A DNA stretch of 64,000 nt, from assembly GCA_036574205.1 (NCBI GenBank), contig JAINCQ010000037.1:68669-132668 (forward strand), written 5' to 3'. Within the stretch, counting starts at the first letter, position 1. Each line of letters starts with the position of its first letter. The position numbers and the translations under genes were made by a program. Below the pieces are notes generated by a model. It was not told the origin of the DNA. It made no database searches and saw nothing but the letters and a program-made list of their open reading frames with translations. The DNA comes from Elusimicrobiota bacterium (GTDB taxonomy: Bacteria > Elusimicrobiota > Elusimicrobia > Elusimicrobiales > UBA9959). Below are positions 47,505 to 57,730 of this stretch, in pieces.

Positions 47505-47898
47505 TTGATTTCTCCTCTTCCATTTCCTTTTTTAATTCTTCCTCAACCTCTTTTATCAGTTTTTCTAACTCCTTTTCTTCCTCTGTCGATAGTGTATCCG
47601 GCGAAACAGGGGTTTGAGGCGAGTATGTTATAGCTTTTCGTATAAGATATTCTCTAAGTTTTAAGCTATCATTCATTATCCTTTGTCTTAAAATCTCATC
47701 TCTTAACTCAAGTTCTATATTTTTCTTAAGTTTTTTTATATCAATCTTTGAATCAGATATTGGTTTCAACTCCGCTTTTATAAAATTCTTTTCCGTTGAA
47801 AGTAAAACATAGAATTGAGAAGTAAGTGTATAAAAAACATATCTTACTGCCTCAATTGGATATTTATTTAAATCATACTTTAGTGTTATTTTATTCAA
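47452..47898 (-). CDS. hxsD: HxsD-like protein with acidic C-terminal extension
   Basis: YPIEAV..Y...ELRDEILRQRI...LREYLIRKA; TTG start after AGGAGG; first gene before hxsB. Confidence 0.7.
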   Translation of the reverse strand: MNKITLKYDLNKYPIEAVRYVFYTLTSQFYVLLSTEKNFIKAELKPISDSKIDIKKLKKNIELELRDEILRQRIMNDSLKLREYLIRKAITYSPQTPVSPDTLSTEEEKELEKLIKEVEEELKKEMEEEKSNEIKKTWEEKYGNKSKK

Positions 47899-47908
47899 TA
47901 TTCCTCCT

Positions 47909-48012
47909 AATTAGGCATACCAAATCTGCAGCACACAAGCCATCCTGCTATACATTTAATCCCTCCACGATTACCAATTAGGCATACCAAATCTGCAGCA
48001 CACAAGCCATCC
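47909..48012. repeat. Exact 37-bp direct repeat, two copies, 30-bp spacer
   Basis: AATTAGGCATACCAAATCTGCAGCACACAAGCCATCC at 47909-47945 and 47976-48012. Confidence 0.95.
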
Positions 48013-48627
48013 CCTTTCAGATGACTGAACAGTTGTAACTGTCCATTGTTGGCTTGGATATGATTGAACCATGATATGAGTTCCTTCTGCCCTAGGAATA
48101 AATCCGACCACCCGAAAACCTGATCTGCATATTGTGACTCCGTTATTGTCATAGAAATGATAGTAGCAAAGACCTAAAAGCCTACCGTTTACTCTTAGAT
48201 TTCCATCTATGCTGACGTTACCATTATTAAATGTGTCTCCATATATTATGACGTTACGATTATTAAATGTGACCATATCATCACCCGTATCCCAATCCCA
48301 AAATCTTAATTCATTAAATGCCACCCTGTGGAAGGTGTTTTGCGTCTCAAACTGCACGCTGTCTCTTCCTCCTGTGCCAATTCTTGTCCATCCATTTACG
48401 TGCAATTTCACCCATGGCGAGCTCGTCCCTATGCCAACCTTACCTCCGTCTCTTGCAAGCCAGGTATTGTTTGTGGTTAAAAGGCTTACATATCCACCAT
48501 ATGGAGCAGGGTAATATGTTGTTATTTGCAATGTTTCGCTTTCAATTAATTTTGAGAATGAAATAATATAAACCGTTGTAACAACTAATAGATTAATGAC
48601 TTTTTTAAAATATTCTTTAATACTCAT
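47971..48627 (-). CDS. Exported beta-rich protein with TTYYPAPYG motif (fibre/adhesin-like)
   Basis: Signal-like N-terminus, TTYYPAPYGGY, GKVGIGTSSP..KLHVNG repeat, Cys-rich C-terminus; ATG 48627 follows GGGGGAG. Confidence 0.6.
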   Translation of the reverse strand: MSIKEYFKKVINLLVVTTVYIISFSKLIESETLQITTYYPAPYGGYVSLLTTNNTWLARDGGKVGIGTSSPWVKLHVNGWTRIGTGGRDSVQFETQNTFHRVAFNELRFWDWDTGDDMVTFNNRNVIIYGDTFNNGNVSIDGNLRVNGRLLGLCYYHFYDNNGVTICRSGFRVVGFIPRAEGTHIMVQSYPSQQWTVTTVQSSERGWLVCCRFGMPNW

Positions 48628-48730
48628 AACTCCCCCTTTTTTGCAGAAGCACAATCTACCATATTTCAATATAATATTATAATATATAAAACTTATATTT
48701 TCAAGTATATGTATAAATAAGCCATATAAA

Positions 48731-49684
48731 TTAAATGAAATATATTAATCTTTTTATTATTTCAGATCTTTTTTCAGATGCCTTTTGATAAGTTTTTGCC
48801 AGATTTTTGTCCCCTAACTCAAAAAAATTTTCTATTAACATCCGATAATCAGATTTAATTATGCCAGCGTTTTTCCCCCATAAAAATTTTGAGATTAATG
48901 ATAGAAATTCGTTATAATCTAACTTTTTTGCATATTTTAATGTCCCACAGCTTTTAAAAACCATATCTATAAAATTTTCATGTTTTTTTGATATATAAAA
49001 TTCGCTGTTTTTTTTCTCCATTTCTTCAATTGCTTTAGCAGTTTCATTAACCCGCTTGATAAACCTATGTATTGATTCATCTTTTTGGGGAATAAATGAT
49101 GTTTCAATAAATCCATAAGACAGAGGCAACAACCCGCCATTTAAAGCGCTTATATTATTTAAATTTGGTTTAAAGGTTTCATAGAACTCTTCTATGAGGT
49201 TTGAATAATATATTGCAGGTATAGAAAAGACAAGTTTTATCTCTATCTGATGTGGTATTTTTAATAGGTCTGTTCCAAGAAAACCAAATTTTTTGCTCCA
49301 GGAAAAAATAAGGTGTTTTGAAAGTTTTTTTTCAAAAGTGCTTGCAAGTTTATAGGCATTTTCTATGTTTAATCCATTTTTGATTGATACTATAAGTATA
49401 TGCTCGCTTACACCTGAAAGTAAAAAAAGATTTTTTACTCCTGTTTTAATTATGATTGCATTTTTTATTATTTTATCATCTTTGTCTATTATTTGTTTTT
49501 CAATGAGTTTTTCTGTTTGATTTGATACCGTTTCAATATTTATTTTTTTACCAAAGTCCTCTGTTTCTTTTAGCGCTGAGGTGATTTTTTCTTTTATGAT
49601 AAGAAAATTTTTTTCCGTCTCTTTATTTATAAACTTATATGGGAATATGTTTCTAAAGATTTTGACCTTGGATAGCATTATCAT
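48731..49684 (-). CDS. McsB-like ATP:guanido phosphotransferase-fold protein, degenerate
   Basis: Follows an mcsA-like gene; SKVKIFRNI..YKF, FSWSKKFGFL, TLKYAKKL, KRSEIIK are collinear with McsB. Confidence 0.6.
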   Translation of the reverse strand: MIMLSKVKIFRNIFPYKFINKETEKNFLIIKEKITSALKETEDFGKKINIETVSNQTEKLIEKQIIDKDDKIIKNAIIIKTGVKNLFLLSGVSEHILIVSIKNGLNIENAYKLASTFEKKLSKHLIFSWSKKFGFLGTDLLKIPHQIEIKLVFSIPAIYYSNLIEEFYETFKPNLNNISALNGGLLPLSYGFIETSFIPQKDESIHRFIKRVNETAKAIEEMEKKNSEFYISKKHENFIDMVFKSCGTLKYAKKLDYNEFLSLISKFLWGKNAGIIKSDYRMLIENFFELGDKNLAKTYQKASEKRSEIIKRLIYFI

Positions 49685-50174
49685 CTTTTTTTAATTCCTT
49701 TATTTCTTTTAAAGTTTTCCTTATAAGGCTGATATCTTCAAAGTTTGAGTATATTTTAAGTTTTAAACGCAAATTTTCCAGTTTTTCTTTTAAATCCATA
49801 GCAAAAAGTTTTTCTATAGGATGAAGATTTTCATTTTTTTTATAAACATTTTTCATTTTTTTAATAAAAAGATTTTTAAGCAGTTTGGAGAAAGTTATAT
49901 AACAATAAGGGCATCCAACAGAGAAATGCTTTTTTAAATAATAATAGTCAGTTTTGCAACTTGGGCATATCAGTTTCTTCCTTGAACCTGGCATCTCATC
50001 TATTATTGCATTAAGATATATTTCAAAAGCGGATTTTTCTGAAAAATTTTCAGTCGTTGAATATCTTAATTCTTTAAGACATTCTTCACATAGAAATAAT
50101 CTGGTTATTTTACCGTTCACAGCTGCTTTGGCTATGATAGTTGCTTGTTTTTCATTGCATCTTTCGCATTTCAT
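49653..50174 (-). CDS. mcsA: McsA-like protein
   Basis: CERC, LCEEC, CPSC, GCPYCY and a UVR-like tail. Confidence 0.75.
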   Translation of the reverse strand: MKCERCNEKQATIIAKAAVNGKITRLFLCEECLKELRYSTTENFSEKSAFEIYLNAIIDEMPGSRKKLICPSCKTDYYYLKKHFSVGCPYCYITFSKLLKNLFIKKMKNVYKKNENLHPIEKLFAMDLKEKLENLRLKLKIYSNFEDISLIRKTLKEIKELKKDDNAIQGQNL

Positions 50175-50847
50175 AACTTTTATTAATTAGTTTTTTGTTT
50201 TCAACCAGATATATTTTCTTTGAAAATTCTTCAGCAAGATTTATATTATGAGTTACCATTACTATTGTTGCGCCTTCATCATTTAATTTTTTAAAATCTT
50301 TCATTATTTTAAGAGCATTTTCATTATCAAGATTACCAGTTGGTTCATCGGCTATTATCAAAGATGGAGAGTTTCTGATTGCTCTTAAAAGAGCAATTCT
50401 TTGTTTTTCCCCTCCAGATAATTCCTGAGGCATTTTATAAGCCAATTTTTCTATGGAAAATTTTTTTAAAAATTCCTCAGCTTTTTTCAAGTTTCTTTTA
50501 TTATTTACAATAAAAGCTGGTATGTCTATGTTTTCTATTACAGTAAAATCATCAAGGAGTGAATCAAACTGAAATATAAATCCTATCTCTTTTAATCTTA
50601 TTTTAGATTTTTCAGTTTCATTAATAACAGAGATGTCTTTTCCTTTAAATTTAACAGTTCCTGTATATTTTGAGTCAAGTGTTGATATGATATTTAAGAA
50701 TGTAGTTTTCCCGCTTCCACTTGGTCCGATTATAGAGATAAAATCTCCTCGATATATTTCAAATGAAAGATTTTCAAATATTATTATATCTGCATTTGCC
50801 TGTTTGTAGACCTTTGTGAGATTTTTAACTTCAATTATCTTTTCCAT
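50152..50847 (-). CDS. lolD: ABC transporter ATPase, LolD-like
   Basis: GPSGSGKT, LSGGEKQR, ADEPTGNLD, VTH; follows a lolC/E-like gene. Confidence 0.8.
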   Translation of the reverse strand: MEKIIEVKNLTKVYKQANADIIIFENLSFEIYRGDFISIIGPSGSGKTTFLNIISTLDSKYTGTVKFKGKDISVINETEKSKIRLKEIGFIFQFDSLLDDFTVIENIDIPAFIVNNKRNLKKAEEFLKKFSIEKLAYKMPQELSGGEKQRIALLRAIRNSPSLIIADEPTGNLDNENALKIMKDFKKLNDEGATIVMVTHNINLAEEFSKKIYLVENKKLINKSYEMRKMQ

Positions 50848-50850
50848 ATA

Positions 50851-52056
50851 TTATCCATATCTTATAATATCTATAGGATCCATTTTTGAAGCTTTTTTAG
50901 CCGGATAAATAGAGCTTATAGCCGCAAGCGCCAGGGAAATAATTATTATAAGTATAATATCATAAAATTCTATTTTGACCGGAACTCTGGTTATATAATA
51001 TATGTCTGAAGGAAGTTCTATCACTTTATATGTTTTTATAAACCATAAGATAATATATCCTATCATAATTCCTAATGTAGTTCCCACTATAGATATATAT
51101 ATCCCGCATAAGAAAAAAATTTTTTTTATTTTTAACGGGATACATCCAATAGCTCTCAGTATTCCTATTTCCCTGGATTTTAATATAGTCATCATAAATA
51201 GATTTGAGGTTATAGTAAATGTAGCTATGAGTATTATAAGAGATAGTATAAGTGTCATTAAGAACTTTTCAAGCTTTAACGCAGAAAAGAGATTTTTATT
51301 AATATCAACATAGGTTTTTATAGAAAAGTAAAAAGGAATTTCTTTTCTTAATTTTTTATATATTTCATATGTCTTGTTTATGTCATCAAGTTTTATTGCT
51401 ATGCCATTTGCAAGAAGCTGGGGGTTAAAAAAATCTTTTGCATCATCAATATTTATGAATGCAAATGAGGAATCATACTCGTAATATCCTGTATTTATTA
51501 TCCCCTGAAGTTTGAATTTTTTCATCTTTGGAATTATTCCAGCTGATATGGACTCAAATTTAGGAGATACGAGGATCACATCGTCTCCCACAAAAACTCC
51601 AATATTTTTAGCTAACTCTTCTCCTAAAACTATAGAAGATTTTTTTAAATCCCATGTTCCGTATTTAATTGTTTTTTCAATATTGCTTGTCTTAAATTCT
51701 TTTTCTATATCAATACCTTTTATAACAGCTCCTGATGTCCTTAGTTGGCTTAATAAAATCCCCTGAGAAATAATAAATGGTGATGAATTTTTTATGCCTT
51801 TTGTTTTTGATATTATTGAGTTGAGGTAGTAAAAATCTTTTTTGTATATTTCACCATATATTATTATATGTGATTGTGAGTCCAGTATTTTTTGCTTTAT
51901 TTCAGACTGAAATCCATTTATTACACTAAGCGTTATAAATATAGCCGCTACTGAAAGAGTAACTCCAGAAATTGCTATAAAAGTAGTAATCGAGGTAAAA
52001 AGGCTTTTTCTTGAACTTTTAAGATATCTTAAGGCTATTGATGTTTCAAAATTCAT
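50851..52056 (-). CDS. Lipoprotein-releasing ABC permease, LolC/E family
   Basis: ALRYL, SVINGF, ALKLEK, REIGILRAIG, YPAKKASKMDP; DIYYI motif. Confidence 0.88.
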   Translation of the reverse strand: MNFETSIALRYLKSSRKSLFTSITTFIAISGVTLSVAAIFITLSVINGFQSEIKQKILDSQSHIIIYGEIYKKDFYYLNSIISKTKGIKNSSPFIISQGILLSQLRTSGAVIKGIDIEKEFKTSNIEKTIKYGTWDLKKSSIVLGEELAKNIGVFVGDDVILVSPKFESISAGIIPKMKKFKLQGIINTGYYEYDSSFAFINIDDAKDFFNPQLLANGIAIKLDDINKTYEIYKKLRKEIPFYFSIKTYVDINKNLFSALKLEKFLMTLILSLIILIATFTITSNLFMMTILKSREIGILRAIGCIPLKIKKIFFLCGIYISIVGTTLGIMIGYIILWFIKTYKVIELPSDIYYITRVPVKIEFYDIILIIIISLALAAISSIYPAKKASKMDPIDIIRYG

Positions 52057-53546
52057 TTATTTTGCTCTTCTTTTGGTTTAAGAAGAGGGAATAGGATTAC
52101 TTCTCTTATTGAAGGTTTTTGTGATAAAAGCATTGTAAGTCTGTCTATTCCTATCCCTATTCCACCGGTTGGTGGCATCCCATATTCCATAGCTTGAATA
52201 AAATCTTTATCAAGAATGTCTGCTTCTCCTAGATTTTCTTCAAATTTTTGTTTTAGTTGTTCTAACAGTCTTGATTTCTGATCTAAAGGATCGTTTAGCT
52301 CGGTATATGCATTGGCTATTTCTTGTCCTGCAACATAAAACTCAAACCTTTCCACTATAGATTCATCATTATCTTTTATTTTTGCTAAAGGAGTTATAGC
52401 TGTTGGATAATCCATTATAAAAACCGGATCTTTAGCTTCATCAGCTATAACAGCGTCCATAATCCTTTCAAATATTTTTGCAGAAGGGATTGTATTATCA
52501 ACATCTATTTTCATTTTTTCAGCAAGTTTAAGTAGATGGTTTTTATTAAAAGATTTACCGTTAAGAGAGTTATGAATATCCTCACCAGTTTTTTGAAACC
52601 ATAATTGGGGAAGTGATTTTCTTTTAAAAGGTGGTTTTATGTTTATCTTTATCCCATCGTATTCAATTTCCTGAATCTTAAACTCTTCTGTAAATCTTTC
52701 AAATAGCTTTTCAACTAAATTTGCCATTCCATTGTAATCAGAATAAGCTTTATAAGCCTCAAGAGTTGTAAACTCCGGATTATGTGTTGTATCAACCCCT
52801 TCATTTCTGAAAACTCTTCCTATCTCATAAACCCCATCAAAACCTCCAATTATAAGTTTTTTTAAAGGAAGTTCTGTCGCTATTCTCATATAAAGTTCTA
52901 TTTTAAAAGCGTTATGGAAAGTTATAAAGGGTCTGGCGCTTGCTCCCCCAGCCTGTGAACATAATATAGGAGTTTCTACTTCAAGATATCCATCTTTATT
53001 TAGTGTATCTCTTATTATTGAAATTATTTTACTTCTTTTTATAAAAATCTCTTTTACTTCTTCATTTGAAATTAAATCAAGATATCTTTCCCTGTATCTT
53101 GTTTCGCAATCACTGAGTCCATGCCATTTTTCAGGAAGAGGTCTTATGGATTTTGCCAGTAAACGCATTTCGTTTACATTTATCGTAAGCTCGCCAGTAT
53201 GCGTTTTAAAAGTTTTTCCTTTAACCCATATAAAATCACCAGTAGTTAAATATTTTTTGAATATCTCGTAATTTTCTCCAATAATATCTTTTTTAAAGTA
53301 TATTTGTATTTTACCGGTTCCATCTTTTATGTGAGCAAAGGTAGCTTTTCCCATTACCCTTAATAAAATTATTCTACCAGCAGTTGTTGTTTCAGTTTCA
53401 AGAGGAAGATTTAATATCTCAGCAATTTTATTTTTTATATTGCATCTTGGTGGAAAGGGATCTATCCCTCTTTTTTTTAACTCTTCTATTTTTTCATAAT
53501 TTGTTTTTATTATTTCATCTAGTGTTGTTTTTATTTCCATGTTCAA
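52053..53546 (-). CDS. lysS: Lysine--tRNA ligase (class II)
   Basis: LPEKWHGL, RYRERYLDL, FRNEG, HNPEFT, NAYTELNDP, GMPPTGGIGIGIDRL. Confidence 0.97.
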   Translation of the reverse strand: MNMEIKTTLDEIIKTNYEKIEELKKRGIDPFPPRCNIKNKIAEILNLPLETETTTAGRIILLRVMGKATFAHIKDGTGKIQIYFKKDIIGENYEIFKKYLTTGDFIWVKGKTFKTHTGELTINVNEMRLLAKSIRPLPEKWHGLSDCETRYRERYLDLISNEEVKEIFIKRSKIISIIRDTLNKDGYLEVETPILCSQAGGASARPFITFHNAFKIELYMRIATELPLKKLIIGGFDGVYEIGRVFRNEGVDTTHNPEFTTLEAYKAYSDYNGMANLVEKLFERFTEEFKIQEIEYDGIKINIKPPFKRKSLPQLWFQKTGEDIHNSLNGKSFNKNHLLKLAEKMKIDVDNTIPSAKIFERIMDAVIADEAKDPVFIMDYPTAITPLAKIKDNDESIVERFEFYVAGQEIANAYTELNDPLDQKSRLLEQLKQKFEENLGEADILDKDFIQAMEYGMPPTGGIGIGIDRLTMLLSQKPSIREVILFPLLKPKEEQNK

Positions 53547-53910
53547 TAGCTCCTTTTACAATATTTACAAGATTTTTGGGATCAAATGGTTTTTCAACAA
53601 AGGAATAGACATTACTTGCCATTTCAAATAAGTCTTTTGTTTGTCCTTTTGCGGTAAGAATTATTATTGGTATGTTTTTAAATTCTTCCATTTGCTGTAG
53701 TTTTGTCTGAAAGGTGTAGCCGTCCATTTCTGGCATCATAATATCAAGAACTATAATATCAGGTTTTAATGGATTTTGAGGATCTGTCAATTTATTATAA
53801 GCTTCAAGACCATTTGATGCTTCAATTACCTGATATCCCTCTTTTTCCATTAAGACTTTTAAAAGAAAAAGAACATCTTTCTCATCATCCACTATCATTA
53901 CATTAGGCAT
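53515..53910 (-). CDS. Single-domain response regulator (receiver)
   Basis: IVDDE, LDIMMPEMDG, LTAK, KPF. Confidence 0.9.
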   Translation of the reverse strand: MPNVMIVDDEKDVLFLLKVLMEKEGYQVIEASNGLEAYNKLTDPQNPLKPDIIVLDIMMPEMDGYTFQTKLQQMEEFKNIPIIILTAKGQTKDLFEMASNVYSFVEKPFDPKNLVNIVKGAIEHGNKNNTR

Positions 53911-54145
53911 AAAAGCTCCTCGTAAGGATTGCGGTTTTTTATGTTGCGGAATTTTAGTAGCAATAAGAGAATGAGTATTGCAATTTTCTTATAATCAGAA
54001 GACATTCTTCCCTTTATATAATAAAAGAACACTAACTCCGCTCCGCAAGATCCTAACTTTATCCTTAACTTCTTTAAGAATACTATATAAAATTTTACAA
54101 GATTATCGTTTGTTTAATCAATATTGTATTAGTATAATTTACTAT

Positions 54146-55501
54146 ATGGCAAAGTATTATTTTTGCGGAATAGCGGGATCTGGAATGAGCGCGCTCGCCC
54201 AGATTGTAAGATTTGATGGCAATCAAGTTTCTGGTTCAGATAGATCTTTTGATTCTGGAGATATGAAAGATATAGAAAAGAAACTCAGGAATATGGGAAT
54301 CAATATTTATGCTCAGGATGGATTTAACATTTCAAGGGATATAGATTGCTTTGTTATTTCAACTGCAGTTGAAGACTCTAATCCAGAGATACTTGAAGCG
54401 AAAAAAAAGGCTTTGAATATAATTCATAGATCTAATTTGCTTTCAGAGTATGTAAATAAATTTAAGACCATAGCGGTAGGAGGAACTAGCGGCAAGACCA
54501 CGACAACTGCTATGATATTTGATATTTTAAATTTCTCTGGTTTTTCTCCATCTATTATAAATGGAGGATATCTTAATTCGTTAATTAGTGATAAACTTAT
54601 TGGAAATGCCTTTAAAGGTAATGGCGGTTTTTTGGTTATAGAGGCTGATGAGTCTGATTCAACAATAAAAAAATATTATCCTGAGATAGGTGTTTTACTC
54701 AATATATCAAAAGACCATAAATCTGTGGAAGAGTTAAAAAAAATATTTGAAGAATTCGCATCAAATTGCAATATTGTTTTTGCTAATGAAAGAGATGAGT
54801 TTCTTTTAGATATTTTAAAAGATAAAAAAAATATTAATTTTTTTGGACCTGAGTCCGCTTCTCTTAAAATTATAGAAAGCAGGATGTTTTATTCAAGATT
54901 TCTTGCTTACTCAAATGAATTCTATATTCCTTTTGGTGGGTTTCATAATATTGAAAATGCTCTGGCAGCAATATCTGTTTCAATGCATCTTGGAGTAAAG
55001 CCTTCGCTAATATCAAAAGCGATTGAGCAATTTAAAGGTACGTTTAGAAGATTTAATATAATTGGAAATAAAAACGGGGTTACTGTAATAGATGATTATG
55101 CGCATAATCCCGCAAAGATATCTGCAATGGTAAAAACTTTGACTCAGGATAAACAAAGAAGGCTTATTCTTATATATCAACCTCATGGATTTGCTCCAAC
55201 AAGGATGTTTAAAAACGATCTTATAAATCTTTTCCTATCTTATTTAAGAGAAGATGATATTCTTTTAATGCCTGAAATATATTATGCTGGTGGTAGTGTT
55301 ATTAAAGATATTTCCTCAAAGGATATTGTTGAAGAAATATCTAAATACGGGAAAAATGCGTTTTATTTTAAAAATAGGGATTTAATATTTGATTTTATCA
55401 GAAAAAACCTCAAAGCGCAGGATATAATAGCTGTTATGGGAGCAAGGGATAATAGCCTGAATAAATTTGCCAGAGATATATTTGAAAAATATGTTATTTG
55501 A
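54146..55501 (+). CDS. Mur ligase, MurC/Mpl family
   Basis: GIAGSGMS, GTSGKTTT, EADESD, DDYAHNP, YQPH. Start moved to ATG 54146. Confidence 0.88.
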   Translation: MAKYYFCGIAGSGMSALAQIVRFDGNQVSGSDRSFDSGDMKDIEKKLRNMGINIYAQDGFNISRDIDCFVISTAVEDSNPEILEAKKKALNIIHRSNLLSEYVNKFKTIAVGGTSGKTTTTAMIFDILNFSGFSPSIINGGYLNSLISDKLIGNAFKGNGGFLVIEADESDSTIKKYYPEIGVLLNISKDHKSVEELKKIFEEFASNCNIVFANERDEFLLDILKDKKNINFFGPESASLKIIESRMFYSRFLAYSNEFYIPFGGFHNIENALAAISVSMHLGVKPSLISKAIEQFKGTFRRFNIIGNKNGVTVIDDYAHNPAKISAMVKTLTQDKQRRLILIYQPHGFAPTRMFKNDLINLFLSYLREDDILLMPEIYYAGGSVIKDISSKDIVEEISKYGKNAFYFKNRDLIFDFIRKNLKAQDIIAVMGARDNSLNKFARDIFEKYVI

Positions 55502-55540
55502 AAATATCTATATTATGTTTTTTTGATATTTCTTTTAGTT

Positions 55541-57571
55541 TTAGAATGGCTTTATTATCTTTTTTTTGAGAATATATATAACAATAAGACCATGATAAGG
55601 CTCAATAGCATAGCCGCAAAGACTCAATGCTTTCTCATAATTTAACCGGGCTTCCTCAGGTTTTTTTAATATTAAGTAAATATTACCAAGTTCTGCATAA
55701 GGCTTGTAATAAGCTGGATATAAATTTCTTAAATTTTCCGCTTTTTCAATTGCTTTATTAAATTCCCCTCTTTTTTCAAAATTGACTATTTCCATTATTG
55801 TTTGCTCAATCGTATTAGTTTCAGGATTAAAGCAAAAATCATAAATATATTTTGAAATAATTCTACTATTAAATTCACAGTCAAATTTCTGTTTTTTTCC
55901 TGCTGATTCTATTATAGAATTAAATTCTTTACATGTGGATTTCATTTCAGTTATGCTTGAAGAGATGAGAGCAACATATTTATCTATATTTTGTGTCTTA
56001 GAACAGTTTTTTAATTCAGAATCTAATTGTATTTCTATGGAGTTAGTTGGATTTCTAACATATGAATCAGATATCAAATTCCAGTGATTTTCGATTATTT
56101 CCCTTGCATTATTATAATCTTTATTTTTTATATATTTGAGAGATAACACCAAAGGTATATTGAATAATCTGTAGTTTTTATAATAATGGGGATCTGGTTT
56201 AAAATCGTTTTCCCATGCTGCTTTTACCAGTTTCGAAATCTCCTGCTTTATAGAATTTTCCCTCGATTTTGCAAGAAATATATTAAGTTTTTCTTTTGCT
56301 TTATCTGACTTTAAATATTCAAGATCATCTGTTGCAAGCGCAAGGTATGCAGATGGCAGAAGAATCTTTTTATGAGATAAAATATCATCTAACGGTTTTT
56401 TTAAAAAGGGATATAAAGATATCTTAAAAACTGAAAATCCACAGACAAGAGCTAAGACAAAAAGAATGGTTTTAAATTTTTTATCAATGAGGATTAAGTC
56501 TTTTTCTTCATTTTTTTTAAATAAAACTCCAGATATCGTTAAGATAAATGTTACAGGGAAGAAATATCTCTTTTCAACCGAAAACATAGAATGAAGAAAA
56601 ACAAAATAAACCGAGAATATGGTTATTATTTTTATAACATGGGAGTTTCTATTTTTAATTATAGAAAATAGCGCAAGGGCTAAAATAAAGAAATTTATTT
56701 TAGCAAAAAATAACAGTCTTCTTATGATGGATAAGAAATAATTTAATGGATTTGATAATATGGTTTTTATCGCAAAATCGAAAATATTTATTTCCTCAGT
56801 TCCTGCTATTTTTCCAATATTTCCTTCAACCGTCATATCAATACCAAGAGATCCTGTTATTATATTCATATCAGCTCTTTTATATTCCATAAAAAGCCAT
56901 TTATCTATAAGGTGATGAGAAACAACTGCCCATGGAATTAATAATATATATGATGAGACTAAAAACAATATATTTTTTTTAATTGATACTTTGCTTTTTT
57001 TTTGAGAATATATCAATTAAAACTATAAATATAGGTAAAAACAAGGTTGATGATCTTATCATTATAGTGGTGCTGCAAAAAAAACCAGAGAGAATATCAA
57101 TTAAATAATCTTTAGAACTATAATTTCTTTCTCGCTCATACAAAAGAATAATACATATAAGAATATGGAGAAGAAAAATTATTTGTTCAAAATCTATTGC
57201 ATATCTGTATGTCAGGAATGTATATAATGAAAGAAGGGCAAAAGCAATAGAGAGGATTTGTTTCTTTTAAATTCAGAATCTATGATTTTAATAGTAAGAT
57301 AATAAATCACTGAATAAAATAAAAGCACAAAAGAAAAATATGAAATATGTGAAATATTTGCAATAATAAAATAATAAAACTGAGATAGTGGCATATAAAA
57401 AAAAAGTTTAAAAAAGCAGGATCGCGTTGTATCAATTGCATAGTAGAAATAGTTAAAAGGATATATTCTATCCATTGCATTGTTATTGATAGTGTTGGTT
57501 ATTGTAAAACCAGCGGCTAATATAAAAATAACAAAAGATAATATAAACGGTTTTCTAAATAAAAGCTTCAT
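55541..57571 (-). pseudogene. Multi-TM GT-C-like membrane protein with C-terminal TPR, at least two frameshifts
   Basis: ORFs 57212-57571 and 55541-57016 are bridged by an open hydrophobic frame (QILSIAFALL...DFEQ...IRSSTLFLP), with shifts near 57265 and in the A9 run near 57000; EKRYFFP; TPR motifs. Confidence 0.55.
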
Positions 57572-57631
57572 TCATAAATTTTACAAAAAAGTTTGCCTGT
57601 ATCTTGCACATTATTGTAAAATAAAGTATAT

Positions 57632-57703
57632 GCGCGGTTAGCTCAGTGGCAGAGCACCTCCCTTACAAGGAGGGGGTCGTAGGTTCAAATCCTGCACCGC
57701 GCA
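57632..57703 (+). tRNA. tRNA-Val (TAC)
   Basis: Acceptor stem GCGCGGT/ACCGCGC, D arm GCTC/GAGC, anticodon arm CCTCC-CTTACAA-GGAGG, T loop TTCAAAT; CCA not encoded. Confidence 0.96.
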
Positions 57704-57730
57704 TTTTCCCTCTTGCGCTTTTAGGGAGAT

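Noticed and set aside
47909..48012. Minimal CRISPR array (37-bp repeat, 30-bp spacer)
   Set aside because: Only two copies, one within coding sequence; no cas genes and no typical repeat terminus.
53978..54145. N-terminal extension of the Mur ligase in the ORF track
   Set aside because: Homology starts at MAKYYFCGIAGSG (54146), and a -10 box lies just upstream of that ATG.
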